Shown here: in pieces, positions 17,209-26,588 of the stretch
Numbering within the stretch: position 1 is the first letter of the stretch
Layout of the letters: the number at the start of each line of letters is the position of its first letter
Assembly (NCBI GenBank): GCA_046758745.1
Contig: JBHIAV010000005.1
Coordinates: forward strand, 32,001-96,000
Direction of reading: 5' to 3'
Length of the DNA stretch: 64,000 nucleotides
Source: Gemmatimonadota bacterium
GTDB taxonomy: Bacteria; Gemmatimonadota; Gemmatimonadetes; Palauibacterales; Palauibacteraceae
Translations under genes and position numbers: made by a program
Notes under the pieces: generated by a model
Seen by the model: only the letters and a program-made list of their open reading frames with translations
The model's database searches: none
Told to the model about the DNA's origin: nothing

Positions 17209-17796
17209 CTATGGGCCACGCACGGCGATGCGGTAACGCAGCTCGAGGCCTGCCGCGCCGTCCGCGGGTGGCGTCACCTCTCCCTCGAACCCCTGCAGGT
17301 GCGCGGACACCCACGCGTCCACGCCGCTGAGAAGCGCGAAGAAGGCAGCCAAGACGATCCAATCCTCCCGCTGCTCCTTGCGCGCATCCACCAGGGCGCT
17401 GTCGGCCGGTGAGGCGCGCCGCGCCGCGTCCAGCTTCGACTGAGTCTTGAAGACCATGAACAGGCTTCCCGCCTCGGCGGCAAAGTAGAAGGCCCCACGG
17501 CCCGGCTTTCCCGCCGCCACCTGGCCCCACCCCGGGACGATGAGCGATCGGCCGAGCGCGCCGAGCGGGCTGACCCGGGGGCGGGCCGCAGAGTCGGGGA
17601 CGACCCCGGCTTCCTGCCGTTCCTCCGCCTGCCGCGGCTCGCCGGCTCCCCCTTCCCGCGAAGCTCCACCAGCGGCCGGACTCCCGCCGCCGCTCTCGGC
17701 GGGGCCAGGCTCCTCCGCCCGCGGCCGCTCCGGCTCCTGAGCCGACGCGTTCCGGGACGGCCGTGCCGCAGCCGCCGCCACGCAGAACAGGAGCAC
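17209..17796 (-). CDS. Hypothetical secreted/membrane protein (DUF5683-like)
   Basis: SPLGALGRSLIVPGWGQ and DAWVSAHL motifs; signal-like N-terminus. Start estimated. Confidence 0.6.
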   Translation of the reverse strand: MLLFCVAAAAARPSRNASAQEPERPRAEEPGPAESGGGSPAAGGASREGGAGEPRQAEERQEAGVVPDSAARPRVSPLGALGRSLIVPGWGQVAAGKPGRGAFYFAAEAGSLFMVFKTQSKLDAARRASPADSALVDARKEQREDWIVLAAFFALLSGVDAWVSAHLQGFEGEVTPPADGAAGLELRYRIAVRGP

Positions 17797-17983
17797 CGCC
17801 GAGCGGGAGATGACGATGCGGAAGCAGGTACGGGAGGCGAGGGGGGCCGAGCGCCCCGTTCCCTGGGCCCCGCGCCCGGATTCCGGTCGCTCCCGTGGCC
17901 CCCGCTTCCCTGCCCCTGCCGGCGGCCGGTCCCGCGCCTCCGGAAGCCGCGATCCCCGCTCTGGCACCGGGAGGGCCGGGAAA

Positions 17984-18080
17984 TGGCGGGAGCGTGTGGG
18001 AATCGAACCCACCCGGGACGCTATCCGCACCCCGAAACGGTTTTGAAGACCGCCGGTGACACCAGCCACCATCCGCTCCC
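17984..18080 (-). tRNA. selC: tRNA-Sec (anticodon UCA)
   Basis: 97 nt, GGGAGCGG...CTTCAAA anticodon loop, long variable arm, extended D-stem, GGTTCGATTCC T-loop, 3' GCCA. Confidence 0.95.
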
Positions 18081-18135
18081 CCGGCGTCGCGCCAAACGCT
18101 CTCCCTCCGGCGTCGCCCCGCTCCATCCCCCTTCC

Positions 18136-18537
18136 TCAACCGCCGGCGGCGGGGCGGAGACGAGCGATGAGCTCCACCTCCACCCGGGCGTCGCGCGGAA
18201 GCCTCGCCGACTGCACGGCCGAGCGAGCCGGGTACGGCTCCTCGAACGCCTCTGCGTACACCTCGTTCACCGCCGCGAACTCGTCCATGTCGGCCAGGTA
18301 CACCGTCGTCTTGACGACGTCTCGGAAGCCGAGCCCGGCGGCGCGAAGCACCGCGTCGAGGTTTCGGAACAGCTGGCGGGCCTGGCTCACCACATCCGGA
18401 CCGGCCATCTTTCCGGTAGCCGGATCGATCCCGATCTGTCCGGCGGCGAAAAGGTACCCCCCGGCGATGATGCCCTGCGAGTACGGACCGAGGGCGGCCG
18501 GCGCCCCCTTCGTGTGAACTGCTCTCGTGTCCGTCAC
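18136..18537 (-). CDS. ridA: RidA family enamine/imine deaminase
   Basis: APAALGPYSQG, GQIG, VVKTTVYL, PARSAV, VEVELIA. Confidence 0.93.
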   Translation of the reverse strand: MTDTRAVHTKGAPAALGPYSQGIIAGGYLFAAGQIGIDPATGKMAGPDVVSQARQLFRNLDAVLRAAGLGFRDVVKTTVYLADMDEFAAVNEVYAEAFEEPYPARSAVQSARLPRDARVEVELIARLRPAAGG

Positions 18538-18657
18538 CTCGCTTCCTCTCCGTCCGGTTCGGTCCGCACGGGGGCCGAGCGCGGCCCTCCGCCGCGCGCG
18601 TGGGAATGTCGCGGCGGCGCGTCGCCGAGCCGCCGGCGCGTGTGAGCTTCCGGACCT

Positions 18658-20322
18658 CTAAAAAAGCCCCTCGATCCGTCCGTCCGGGTGCACACGCATC
18701 GCCTCTGCTGCGGGTCGGGCCGGCAGCCCGGGCATCGTCAACACGTCGCCCGTGAGCGCCACCACGAACCCCGCGCCCGCCGAGAGTCGAAGCTCGCGCA
18801 CGGTGACCTCGAAGTCACACGGCCGGCCGTGCAGAGCCGGATTGTCGCTGAGCGAGTATTGGGTCTTGGCGACGCACACCGGAAGGTCCCCATAGCCCGC
18901 CGCCACGAAGCGCGTCACCGCTCGCTCGGCGGCGGGGAGCATGTTGATGCCGCGTGCACCATACGCCCGGGTGGCGATGGTTTCCAGCTTCTCGGCGAGC
19001 GGCACCTCGAGCGGATAGAGGGGCCGGAAATCGGCACCGTCATCCTCCAGAAGCTGGAGGAGACGAGCGGCCAGGGACTCGCCCCCCTCACCCCCCCGCG
19101 CCCACACATCCGCCGTTTCGCACGGAGCGCCGGCCTCCTTGCACAGCTCGGTCACCGCGGTCAGCTCCTGCTCGGAATCGGAGGCGAAGCGGTTCACCGC
19201 GACGATGGTGGGCACGCCGAACTGCTTCACGTTCTCGATGTGGTGAAGCAGGTTCGGGAAGCCCGCCCGCACGGCTTCCGGGTTCGGGTGGGTCAGCTCC
19301 GCGGCCGGAAGGCCCGCGTGTCGTTTCAGCGCGCGTATCGTGGCCACGACGACTGCAGCGTGGGGCGTCAGCTTACCGGTGCGGCACTTGATGTCGAAGA
19401 ATTTCTCCGCCCCCAGCTCGGAGGCGAAGCCCGCCTCGGTCACCACGATATCTCCGAGCGTCAGCGCCGCACGCGTCGCGATCAGGGAGCTGCACCCATG
19501 CGCGATGTTGGCGAATGGCCCGCCGTGCACGAAGGCGGGTCCCCCCTCCAGCGTCTGCACCAGATTCGGAGCCAGCGCGTCCCGCATGAGGAGCGCCATG
19601 GCGCCGCTCACCTTCAGCTCGGCGGCCGACACGAGCGTGCCGTCGGATCGCACCCCGAGCACGATGCGTGCGAGCCGCTCCTCGAGGTCTCGCAGGTCGG
19701 TCGCAAGGCAGAAGATCGCCATCACCTCGGACGCCGCGGTGATGGTGAACCTCTCCTCGCGGGGGACACCGTTCAGCGCACCGCCCAGACCGACCACCAC
19801 CCGGCGTAGGGCTCTGTCGTTCATGTCGGTCGCTCGTTGCCACTGGATGCGCCGCGGATCGATCCCGAGCGAGTTCCCACGGTGGAGGTTGTTGTCGAGC
19901 GCCGCGGAGAGAAGGGAGTTGGCCGCCGTGATCGCGTGGAAGTCCCCGGTGAAGTGGAGGTTGATCTCCTCCATCGGGAGCACCTGGGAATACCCACCCC
20001 CGGCCGCCCCACCCTTCATCCCGAACACCGGGCCGAGCGACGGTTCCCGCAGGCAGAGAACCGCGTTTCGGCCGAGCCGGCGAAGGGCCTGTACGAGTCC
20101 GACCGAGACCGTGGATTTTCCCTCCCCGGCCGGCGTCGGCGTCATGGCGGTCACGAGGACCAGCCTGGCTGTGGGCTTTCGGGCGAGCAGAGTCTCGAGG
20201 TCGACCTTGGCGACGTAGTGTCCGTACAGCCGGAGCTCTGCCTCTCCGAGCCCCAGCTCTTCGGCGACCTCTCGGATCGGCCGCAGGGTGGCGCACTGCG
20301 CGATCTCGATGTCCGTCGGCAT
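18658..20322 (-). CDS. fhs: Formate--tetrahydrofolate ligase
   Basis: TPTPAGEGKST, REPSLGP, KGGAAGGG, HGGPFANIAHG, KTQYSLSD, TMPGLP. Confidence 0.97.
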   Translation of the reverse strand: MPTDIEIAQCATLRPIREVAEELGLGEAELRLYGHYVAKVDLETLLARKPTARLVLVTAMTPTPAGEGKSTVSVGLVQALRRLGRNAVLCLREPSLGPVFGMKGGAAGGGYSQVLPMEEINLHFTGDFHAITAANSLLSAALDNNLHRGNSLGIDPRRIQWQRATDMNDRALRRVVVGLGGALNGVPREERFTITAASEVMAIFCLATDLRDLEERLARIVLGVRSDGTLVSAAELKVSGAMALLMRDALAPNLVQTLEGGPAFVHGGPFANIAHGCSSLIATRAALTLGDIVVTEAGFASELGAEKFFDIKCRTGKLTPHAAVVVATIRALKRHAGLPAAELTHPNPEAVRAGFPNLLHHIENVKQFGVPTIVAVNRFASDSEQELTAVTELCKEAGAPCETADVWARGGEGGESLAARLLQLLEDDGADFRPLYPLEVPLAEKLETIATRAYGARGINMLPAAERAVTRFVAAGYGDLPVCVAKTQYSLSDNPALHGRPCDFEVTVRELRLSAGAGFVVALTGDVLTMPGLPARPAAEAMRVHPDGRIEGLF

Positions 20323-20380
20323 CCCCTCCCCTTCCTCCTCCTCTCCTACTGGTCGAACCGGTCAGGCTCGAGCTGTCGCC

Positions 20381-21430
20381 TCACGCGCGGGATCTCGCCG
20401 AGGCGGGCCCCCGCCGTCCGACGCCGGCGGTCTCCTCCGCCGGGCAGCCCGCTATGAGCTCACCCCGGGTGACGGGGACGGCGCCCAGGCGAGATACCTC
20501 GATCCCGGCCGCGTGGTTCGCCAGAGCGGCGGCGGCGGGCACGGGCGCGCCGCCCGCGAGCAGCACCGCCAGCGTGGCGGTCACCGTGTCGCCCGCCCCG
20601 GTGACATCGAACACCTCCCGCGCGCGGGACGGAATGGCCAGCGGCGCCGGGTCGTCGCGCGTGAGCAGGAGCATGCCCCCCTCACCGAGAGTGAGGAGGA
20701 GGTGGTCGCACGCCAGGCGTTCCGCCACTCCCCGCAGCACCTCCGCCGCGCGCGGAACCCGCTCCACGCCGAGGGCCGCCGCCAGCTCCCTCCCGTTGGG
20801 CTTTACGAGGAACGCCCCGCGGTAGTCGAAGAAGTGCCGGCGCTTCGGATCGACCAGGGCCGGGATCCCGCGTGTCCGGGCCTCCGCGAGCAACCGAACC
20901 GCGAGGCCAGGCTCGAGGACTCCCTTGTCGTAGTCCTCCAGCACCACGGCGTCGGCCCATCCCAGCGCGCCAAGGGCCCGCGCGGCAAGCTCCTCCCGAG
21001 TGGCGGCGCCGATGGACGAGGTCGTCTCCCGGTCCACCCGAAGCATCTGCTGATGCTTGGCGAGGATCCGCGTCTTGATCGTCGTCGGCCGGCCACGCTC
21101 CACCACTAGGTCATCGCTCCCGATCCCGTGCGCACCCAGCCCCTCGCGGATGAGCTCGGCTTCCGCGTCGGACCCGGTGACCGACACGAGGCGGCAGGCG
21201 GCCCCCAGGGCGGTAACTCCCGCAGCCACGTTCGCCGCCCCGCCGAGGGCGGTGCGCTCCTCCGCCACGCGAACGACGGGGACCGGCGCCTCGGCCGAGA
21301 TCCGCTCGACCGTTCCGCTCACGTAGCGATCCAGCATGCTGTCGCCTACGACGAGAACGCGTGCTCCGTCCGCGGCATCCAGAAAGCGGCGGGCCTCATC
21401 GGAACCAACGAGATGGGCGTCCGGTCGCAC
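20381..21430 (-). CDS. rfaE1: D-glycero-beta-D-manno-heptose-7-phosphate kinase (RfaE domain I / HldA)
   Basis: VVGDSMLDRY..G..ERISAEAPVPV, GGAANVA, DYDKG, DVTGAGDT. Confidence 0.92.
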   Translation of the reverse strand: MRPDAHLVGSDEARRFLDAADGARVLVVGDSMLDRYVSGTVERISAEAPVPVVRVAEERTALGGAANVAAGVTALGAACRLVSVTGSDAEAELIREGLGAHGIGSDDLVVERGRPTTIKTRILAKHQQMLRVDRETTSSIGAATREELAARALGALGWADAVVLEDYDKGVLEPGLAVRLLAEARTRGIPALVDPKRRHFFDYRGAFLVKPNGRELAAALGVERVPRAAEVLRGVAERLACDHLLLTLGEGGMLLLTRDDPAPLAIPSRAREVFDVTGAGDTVTATLAVLLAGGAPVPAAAALANHAAGIEVSRLGAVPVTRGELIAGCPAEETAGVGRRGPASARSRA

Positions 21431-21563
21431 CTCGCTTCACCTTGCGCCGAAGATGGGGCCTCGGTAACCTGCGCGAGTCCTTCCGGCCCGGTCCCGGTGC
21501 CGTAACGTGTTGCCCCGCAACGGGCTGTACGATGGAGCGGACCGAAGGCCGAATTCGGGCGCG

Positions 21564-21592
21564 AAGATAGCCGGGATCCGAGAGAGAGTCAA
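21564..21592 (-). promoter_or_regulatory. Sigma70-like promoter for the rfaE1-fhs direction
   Basis: Minus strand TTGACT-17 nt-TATCTT in the divergent intergenic region. Confidence 0.55.
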
Positions 21593-21612
21593 AAGGCCCG
21601 CCGAAACAGCTC

Positions 21613-22443
21613 ATGAGCTCCGCGACGCCCGGCCCGGCACCGATCGCCTTCGCCAACGAGACGCTGAAAGGGTGGGCCTTTCACACCCAGGAATACATCG
21701 GCCTGCTGGGTCGAACTCTTCGCGCCTGTGTCTCGCGGCCCTTCTATTTCCGCGACCTCACGATTCAGATGGACGTCATCGGGGTCGGCTCGATCATGAT
21801 CGTCCTCCTCACGGGGCTCTTCACCGGGATGGTGTTGGCCCTTCAGTCGGCCGTCGAAATGGAGCAGTTTGGCGCGGAGATCTACATCGGACGGCTGGTG
21901 GGAGCGAGCGTGGTACGCGAGCTCGGCCCGGTGCTTACCGCGCTCATGGTCACCGGTCGGGCGGGATCCGGGATGGCTGCGGCGATCGGCGCCATGGTGG
22001 TGACGGAGCAGGTCGACGCGCTGTACACGATCGGCGTCGATCCCGTGCGCAAGCTCGTCGTTCCGCGCTTCCTGGCCGGGCTCATCATGCTGCCGATTCT
22101 GACCATGATCACGGACGTCGTGGCGGTCTTCGGCGGTTTGATCATTGCCCTCTTCAAGATCGGTCTCACCTTCGACCTGTACATGCGGTCGGTGTACCTC
22201 ACCCTGGCGGAGACCGGGTTCATACTCCGGTACATCCCCATCGACCTCATCTCCGGCCTGCTGAAGCCGATCTGGTTCGGAGCGATAATGGCCCTCACCG
22301 GCTCCTACTACGGCCTGAGCACGACCGGTGGAACCGAGGGCGTCGGGCGGGCGACCACCCGCGCCGTGGTGACCGCTTCGGTGCTGATCCTGGCGTTCGA
22401 CTACTTCCTCACACAGATCCTCATAGTCCTGCTGATAGAGTGA
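21613..22443 (+). CDS. mlaE: MlaE family permease
   Basis: RELGPVLTALMVTGRAGS, EQVDAL, GGTEGVGRATT. Confidence 0.93.
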   Translation: MSSATPGPAPIAFANETLKGWAFHTQEYIGLLGRTLRACVSRPFYFRDLTIQMDVIGVGSIMIVLLTGLFTGMVLALQSAVEMEQFGAEIYIGRLVGASVVRELGPVLTALMVTGRAGSGMAAAIGAMVVTEQVDALYTIGVDPVRKLVVPRFLAGLIMLPILTMITDVVAVFGGLIIALFKIGLTFDLYMRSVYLTLAETGFILRYIPIDLISGLLKPIWFGAIMALTGSYYGLSTTGGTEGVGRATTRAVVTASVLILAFDYFLTQILIVLLIE

Positions 22444-23282
22444 AGGCGCGAGGACTCGGAGACAGCGGCGAGCTGCGGCGCGAAGTTCGCGCCATGGTGC
22501 GGAAGGAGCTGGGGCTAGCGGTCGAAGACGACCGCCCCTCCACCCCCGCGGGCGAGGTCGTCATCGAGCTGCAGGACGTGTGGCTGGCCTATCCGGACAA
22601 TCCGGTTCTCCGTGGCATCAGCCTTCAGCTCCTCCGAGGAGAGACCCTGTGCGTCCTGGGGGGCTCCGGCGCCGGCAAGTCTACGATCCTGCGCCTCATC
22701 CTGGGCCTCACCAAGCCGGACGCCGGGGAGATCGTCGTCGATGGCTTGGTGCTCGCGCACGCTTCGCTCGAACAGGTCCTGGAGACGCGACGAAAGATCG
22801 GAATGGTGTTCCAGGGCGCCGCGCTTTTCGACTCCCTGTCGGTGTACGACAACGTCGCCTTCTATCTTCACGAGCACACCAGCCTGGAGGAGGAGGTGAT
22901 CGCGGAGTGCGTGCGCGAGGCGCTCGATTTCGTGGATCTGGACACGGACGTGATCCGCGAGCTCCTGCCGGCGGAGCTGTCGGGTGGCATGAAGAAGCGT
23001 GTCGGAATCGCCCGAGCGATCATCCACCGACCGGAGATTCTCCTTTTCGACGAGCCCACCAGCGGGCTGGATCCGATCACCACCCACACGATCAACGAGC
23101 TGGTTCGCAAGCTCCAGCGTGAGATGCGTGTAAGTTCGGTCGTGGTCACGCACGACATTCGATCGGCCTTCCGCATCGCCAACCGGGTCGCTCTATTGTT
23201 CAACGGAGAGATCATCTTCATGGGGAGCCCGGAGGAGATGGTGGGGTCGGAGGAAGAGTATGTGCGGGCATTCCTTCGCTGA
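22440..23282 (+). CDS. mlaF: MlaF family ABC ATPase
   Basis: GGSGAGKST, FQGAALFDSL, LSGGMKKRVG, DEPTSGLDP, VTHD. Start GTG 22440 or ATG 22494. Confidence 0.92.
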   Translation: MKARGLGDSGELRREVRAMVRKELGLAVEDDRPSTPAGEVVIELQDVWLAYPDNPVLRGISLQLLRGETLCVLGGSGAGKSTILRLILGLTKPDAGEIVVDGLVLAHASLEQVLETRRKIGMVFQGAALFDSLSVYDNVAFYLHEHTSLEEEVIAECVREALDFVDLDTDVIRELLPAELSGGMKKRVGIARAIIHRPEILLFDEPTSGLDPITTHTINELVRKLQREMRVSSVVVTHDIRSAFRIANRVALLFNGEIIFMGSPEEMVGSEEEYVRAFLR

Positions 23283-23384
23283 GGGACCGGGCCGCGGGTT
23301 CCGGCCCGGCGGTTTCCGCGAAGCGCTGCCCGTCGGCGCGGTCCCCCTCGATTCGCACCGCCGGTCCCGACTTCGGAGGGGAGG

Positions 23385-24365
23385 ATGAGACGCGGGACGA
23401 GGGTGACGTGGGAGCAGGTGCGCACCGGAGTCGTGCTCATTCTCGGCTTCGCGGTTCTTGCCGTCGGAGTCGTCTTCATCGGACAGACGGGCCACGTGTT
23501 CGGCGAGCGCTATCGCCTCGTCACCCTCATGCACAGCGCGGCCGGTCTCGTCCCGGGCGCCGCCGTGCAGCTGGCCGGCCAGAACGTCGGCCAGGTGGAC
23601 GCGGTGGAGCTCATCGAGCCGGACCGGCGGCCGGAGAGTGGCGAGGCGGTTGCCGTGTGGCTGGCCATCAACCGGGAGGTGCAGACCCAGATCCGACGCG
23701 ATTCGCAGGCCCGGGTCCGCACACAGGGCCTCCTCGGGGATCGGATCATCGACATCCGGCCGGGGACCTCCGCGGCCCGAGTGCTTCGCGAAGGCGACAC
23801 ACTGACGGCGGCCAGCGCACTCGATGTGGATCGACTCTTCGAAGAAGGGGCGGCTGCCGTCAGCGGGCTCTCCGAGGTGGCGAACAACCTGGCGGACCTC
23901 ACGCGTCGCCTGCTGGCAGGTGAAGGCTCGCTCGGCCAACTCGTGGTGGACGACGCGCTCTACCGGCGGATGGTCGACCTCTCCGCCTCCCTCGACACCC
24001 TGGTCGAGGTCACGGCGAATGAGAACACGACCTTCGGTCGGTTGCTGCGGGACGACGCGCTGTACCGCGCGCTCCTCGGCGCCGTGGCGGCCTTCGACAC
24101 CCTTACGGCGAACATCGCGAGCGGAGAGGGTACGCTCGGCCGCATGCTGATGTCCGATTCCCTGTACGTGGTCCTGCACTCGGTGGTCGCGCGATCCGAC
24201 TCCCTGCTCGCATCACTCCAGAGCGGGAAAGGGTCGGCGGGGCGCCTCCTCTCAGACGAGCGACTCTACGAGGAGCTCCTCCGCACCGTCGTCGAGCTCA
24301 ACAACATCCTCGCCGAGCTTCGCGAGGAGCCGCGCCGCTACATCCCACCGGTAAAGGTCTTCTGA
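23385..24365 (+). CDS. mlaD: MlaD/MCE family protein
   Basis: N-terminal TM, GLVPGAAVQLAG, TQGLLGD, repeated GSLG/GTLG helical units. Confidence 0.9.
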   Translation: MRRGTRVTWEQVRTGVVLILGFAVLAVGVVFIGQTGHVFGERYRLVTLMHSAAGLVPGAAVQLAGQNVGQVDAVELIEPDRRPESGEAVAVWLAINREVQTQIRRDSQARVRTQGLLGDRIIDIRPGTSAARVLREGDTLTAASALDVDRLFEEGAAAVSGLSEVANNLADLTRRLLAGEGSLGQLVVDDALYRRMVDLSASLDTLVEVTANENTTFGRLLRDDALYRALLGAVAAFDTLTANIASGEGTLGRMLMSDSLYVVLHSVVARSDSLLASLQSGKGSAGRLLSDERLYEELLRTVVELNNILAELREEPRRYIPPVKVF

Positions 24366-24424
24366 GGACAACCCGCACCTGCCCTCGGTGACGCGCGGCG
24401 CAGGCGCGTTCGGCGCTCCTCGTC

Positions 24425-24889
24425 CTACGAGCCTCGAGGCACTTCGGCCGCCGGCCGCGGTGCTTCCTCCGACGCGGGGCTGGCGTGTATGATCCGACGC
24501 CCCTGAAATGCGGTGGCGAGAAGGATGATGGCGGTGGCCGCTGCGACGATCGTCGTTAGGCTGCCCAGGAGCCTGCCACCCCGGTACAGCCAGCCGGCTG
24601 CTGTCACTCCGCTCGCCAGGGCGCCGAGAAGCGCCCACAGGCCCAGCTCCTCGTGCTCCTCGATCGCCGCCTCGGCCGCGTACCACAAGGACCCGACCGT
24701 CTCCTCCGCCTGACGGCCGGTGATGTACACGACAGGAGCGGTCAGCCCGGCGAGAACGAGGGAGATCGCCCCATAGCGCATCAGACTATCTCGGCCCGAT
24801 GCTTTTCCGGCCCCCATCGCGACCGCGCCGACGATCGCCAGGATGATGGGGAAGTGGTTGGTGACCAGATGGAGGTAGGGCCAGTTCAT
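24425..24889 (-). CDS. DUF2231-like membrane protein
   Basis: LHLVTNHFPI...TG..AEE...HEE; about 4 TM segments. Confidence 0.7.
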   Translation of the reverse strand: MNWPYLHLVTNHFPIILAIVGAVAMGAGKASGRDSLMRYGAISLVLAGLTAPVVYITGRQAEETVGSLWYAAEAAIEEHEELGLWALLGALASGVTAAGWLYRGGRLLGSLTTIVAAATAIILLATAFQGRRIIHASPASEEAPRPAAEVPRGS

Positions 24890-24943
24890 CGGGGATTTCC
24901 CATCGCCGACGGCGAGGCCATCGCCGCCAGGCACGGGGGTCGG

Positions 24944-25438
24944 CTAACGCTTGCCGTCGCCGTTGGGCCCGACGAGGTCGTGCAGCGTCATGAACGCCGT
25001 GATCCGGTACCGGATCGACCCACCGGGGAGGGTCACGGTGACCTCCTCTCCGACCCGGCGGCCGAGCAGCGCGCGTCCGATCGGCGAGGCCATCGAGATC
25101 TCGGACTTGTCGAAGTCGATGTAGTCGCCGAAGGCGAGTGTGAAGCTCTCCTCGGTGCGGCCATCGAGGTCGATCACTCGGACCTGAGAGCCGAAGCCCA
25201 CGCGATCCGCAGGAATCTGCTCGAGATCGATCTCGGCCAGCTCGGAGAGACGGCGCGAGATGTGGTCGAGGCGGGCCCGCACGAGCTGTTGCCGCTCGAG
25301 CGCGGCCGAGTATTCCGAGTTCTCGCGGAGATCGCCCTGTCCGACCGCCCTCTCGATTTCGGCGGGCAGTACGACCTTCAGCTCGTGCAGGAGTCGCTCG
25401 GACTCCTCGCTCAGTCGCTCCCTCAACCGATCCAGCAC
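24944..25438 (-). CDS. greA: Transcription elongation factor GreA/GreB family
   Basis: GDLRENSEYSAA, VGFGS, ISMASPIGRALLG; RBS AAGGGAG before GTG 25438. Confidence 0.9.
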   Translation of the reverse strand: MLDRLRERLSEESERLLHELKVVLPAEIERAVGQGDLRENSEYSAALERQQLVRARLDHISRRLSELAEIDLEQIPADRVGFGSQVRVIDLDGRTEESFTLAFGDYIDFDKSEISMASPIGRALLGRRVGEEVTVTLPGGSIRYRITAFMTLHDLVGPNGDGKR

Positions 25439-25532
25439 GGTGGTTTCTCCCTTGATCGGCGGCCGCGCCTCGCGCTCACGTGGGGAGCGAGGCGGGCCCA
25501 CCCACCCCTCCCACGCACGGAAGGAACTCGAG

Positions 25533-25572
25533 AAAAAAATCGCCGCGCGGAACTCGGCGAGCCCCGCGCGAC
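25533..25572 (-). terminator. Rho-independent terminator after tmRNA
   Basis: Minus strand GTCGCGCGGGGCTC-GCC-GAGTTCCGCGCGGC hairpin followed by a T7 tract. Confidence 0.8.
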
Positions 25573-25579
25573 ATGGTGA

Positions 25580-25946
25580 TGGAGGTGCCGGGAATTGCAC
25601 CCGGGTCCGCGAACCCATCGATCGCAGTCGCTACGTGCGTAGTCGGAGATTCAATCTCGTCGGAGTCGGGCTCACCGACGGCCCGTCACCGACCAGCCGC
25701 TATCGGCTTTACGCCATCTCGCCCCCTGCGCGCGCGGCACGCGCTGCGGGCCAGCCCGATTCTTCGACGCCCGCCGGCCCGCCTCGGGCCCGGCAGATCG
25801 ACGGACGGACTACGTCAACTTTCGTTACGCAGCCAGTGCCAAGTTATCGTTGGCAGATGTTGTTTTTCCCGGTGTTTCGCGAGGTTCCGAGCACCTCGGC
25901 ACGCTACCACGACCTCAGGAGAACACGTCGAATCTGATTCACCCCC
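25580..25946 (-). ncRNA. ssrA: tmRNA; tag peptide (A)ANDNLALAA
   Basis: 5' GGGGGTGAATCAGATTCGAC pairs with 3' CACCTCCA, with a G3:U pair; T-arm CCGGGTGCAATTCCCGG; tag ORF at 25854-25825. Confidence 0.95.
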
Positions 25947-26006
25947 AGGTTATCAAGCAGCCTTCATCGCCTGAGGCCCTCGAGGGGGCCCCGGGCACAC
26001 TCTTGC

Positions 26007-26035
26007 ACACTAGGAACCATTGATTGTTCCGTCAA
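26007..26035 (-). promoter_or_regulatory. Putative sigma70 promoter for ssrA
   Basis: TTGACG-17 nt-TAGTGT about 60 nt upstream of the tmRNA 5' end. Confidence 0.55.
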
Positions 26036-26588
26036 TCGGCCCGTCCGACCGAGGCCCCGTGCCGAGGGCGCTCCCGCGGCCGCTCGCCTGCACCCGGGCC
26101 CGGTACAGGGCGCGCAGGTGGCGAAGCGCCGGGCCGAGCGCCGGACGGACGGACGGCCCCGGGGGCCCTTCGAAGGATATGCAAAGAACGCGCCCGGGCC
26201 CGGCCGGCCCACCGACCAGGGACCAGCCGACGCCGGAGCCGAAGAGGTCCTCCGAGGAGAGCTGCAGGAGGAGCCCCTCCCGGAGCGACCAGGTGAACGG
26301 GTGGCCCGCCGCCTCCAGGGCGCATCCACCCAGCGATGCCGTCCGCTCTGTCCGTGTCTCCCGCTCGACGACCCACACCTCCCCTTCCAGCAACCACACC
26401 GCGATCCGTGCCGCGGCGAACGCCACGCGAAGGGCATCCAGAAAGCTCTCGAGGGGCGTGGCCTCTTCCCCCGCCCCGGAGAGCCCGGAGGGGATATCGG
26501 TCAGCGAGCGGGCCCGCTCTTCGTCAGAAAACGAGTTCCGGAGGCGCGACCACCAATCGGAGAGCCAGCGTCTCGGCCGATGAATCAA
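26010..26588 (-). CDS. Hypothetical protein (possibly a degenerate GAF-like fold)
   Basis: ATG overlaps the larB stop (ATGA); no recognised motif. Confidence 0.5.
   Translation of the reverse strand: MIHRPRRWLSDWWSRLRNSFSDEERARSLTDIPSGLSGAGEEATPLESFLDALRVAFAAARIAVWLLEGEVWVVERETRTERTASLGGCALEAAGHPFTWSLREGLLLQLSSEDLFGSGVGWSLVGGPAGPGRVLCISFEGPPGPSVRPALGPALRHLRALYRARVQASGRGSALGTGPRSDGPIDGTINGS

Noticed and set aside
16343-18139. 598-aa murI fusion ORF, and other long N-terminal extensions in the track (e.g. 21507 mlaF, 33719 ABC ATPase, 49845 ribE, 39642 metK)
   Set aside because: The extensions overlap other genes or tRNA-Sec and are low-complexity; the real starts are downstream.
17880-25580. 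Genomic island at tRNA-Sec or tmRNA
   Set aside because: No integrase, no duplicated 3' end and no obvious compositional shift; the flanks are housekeeping genes.
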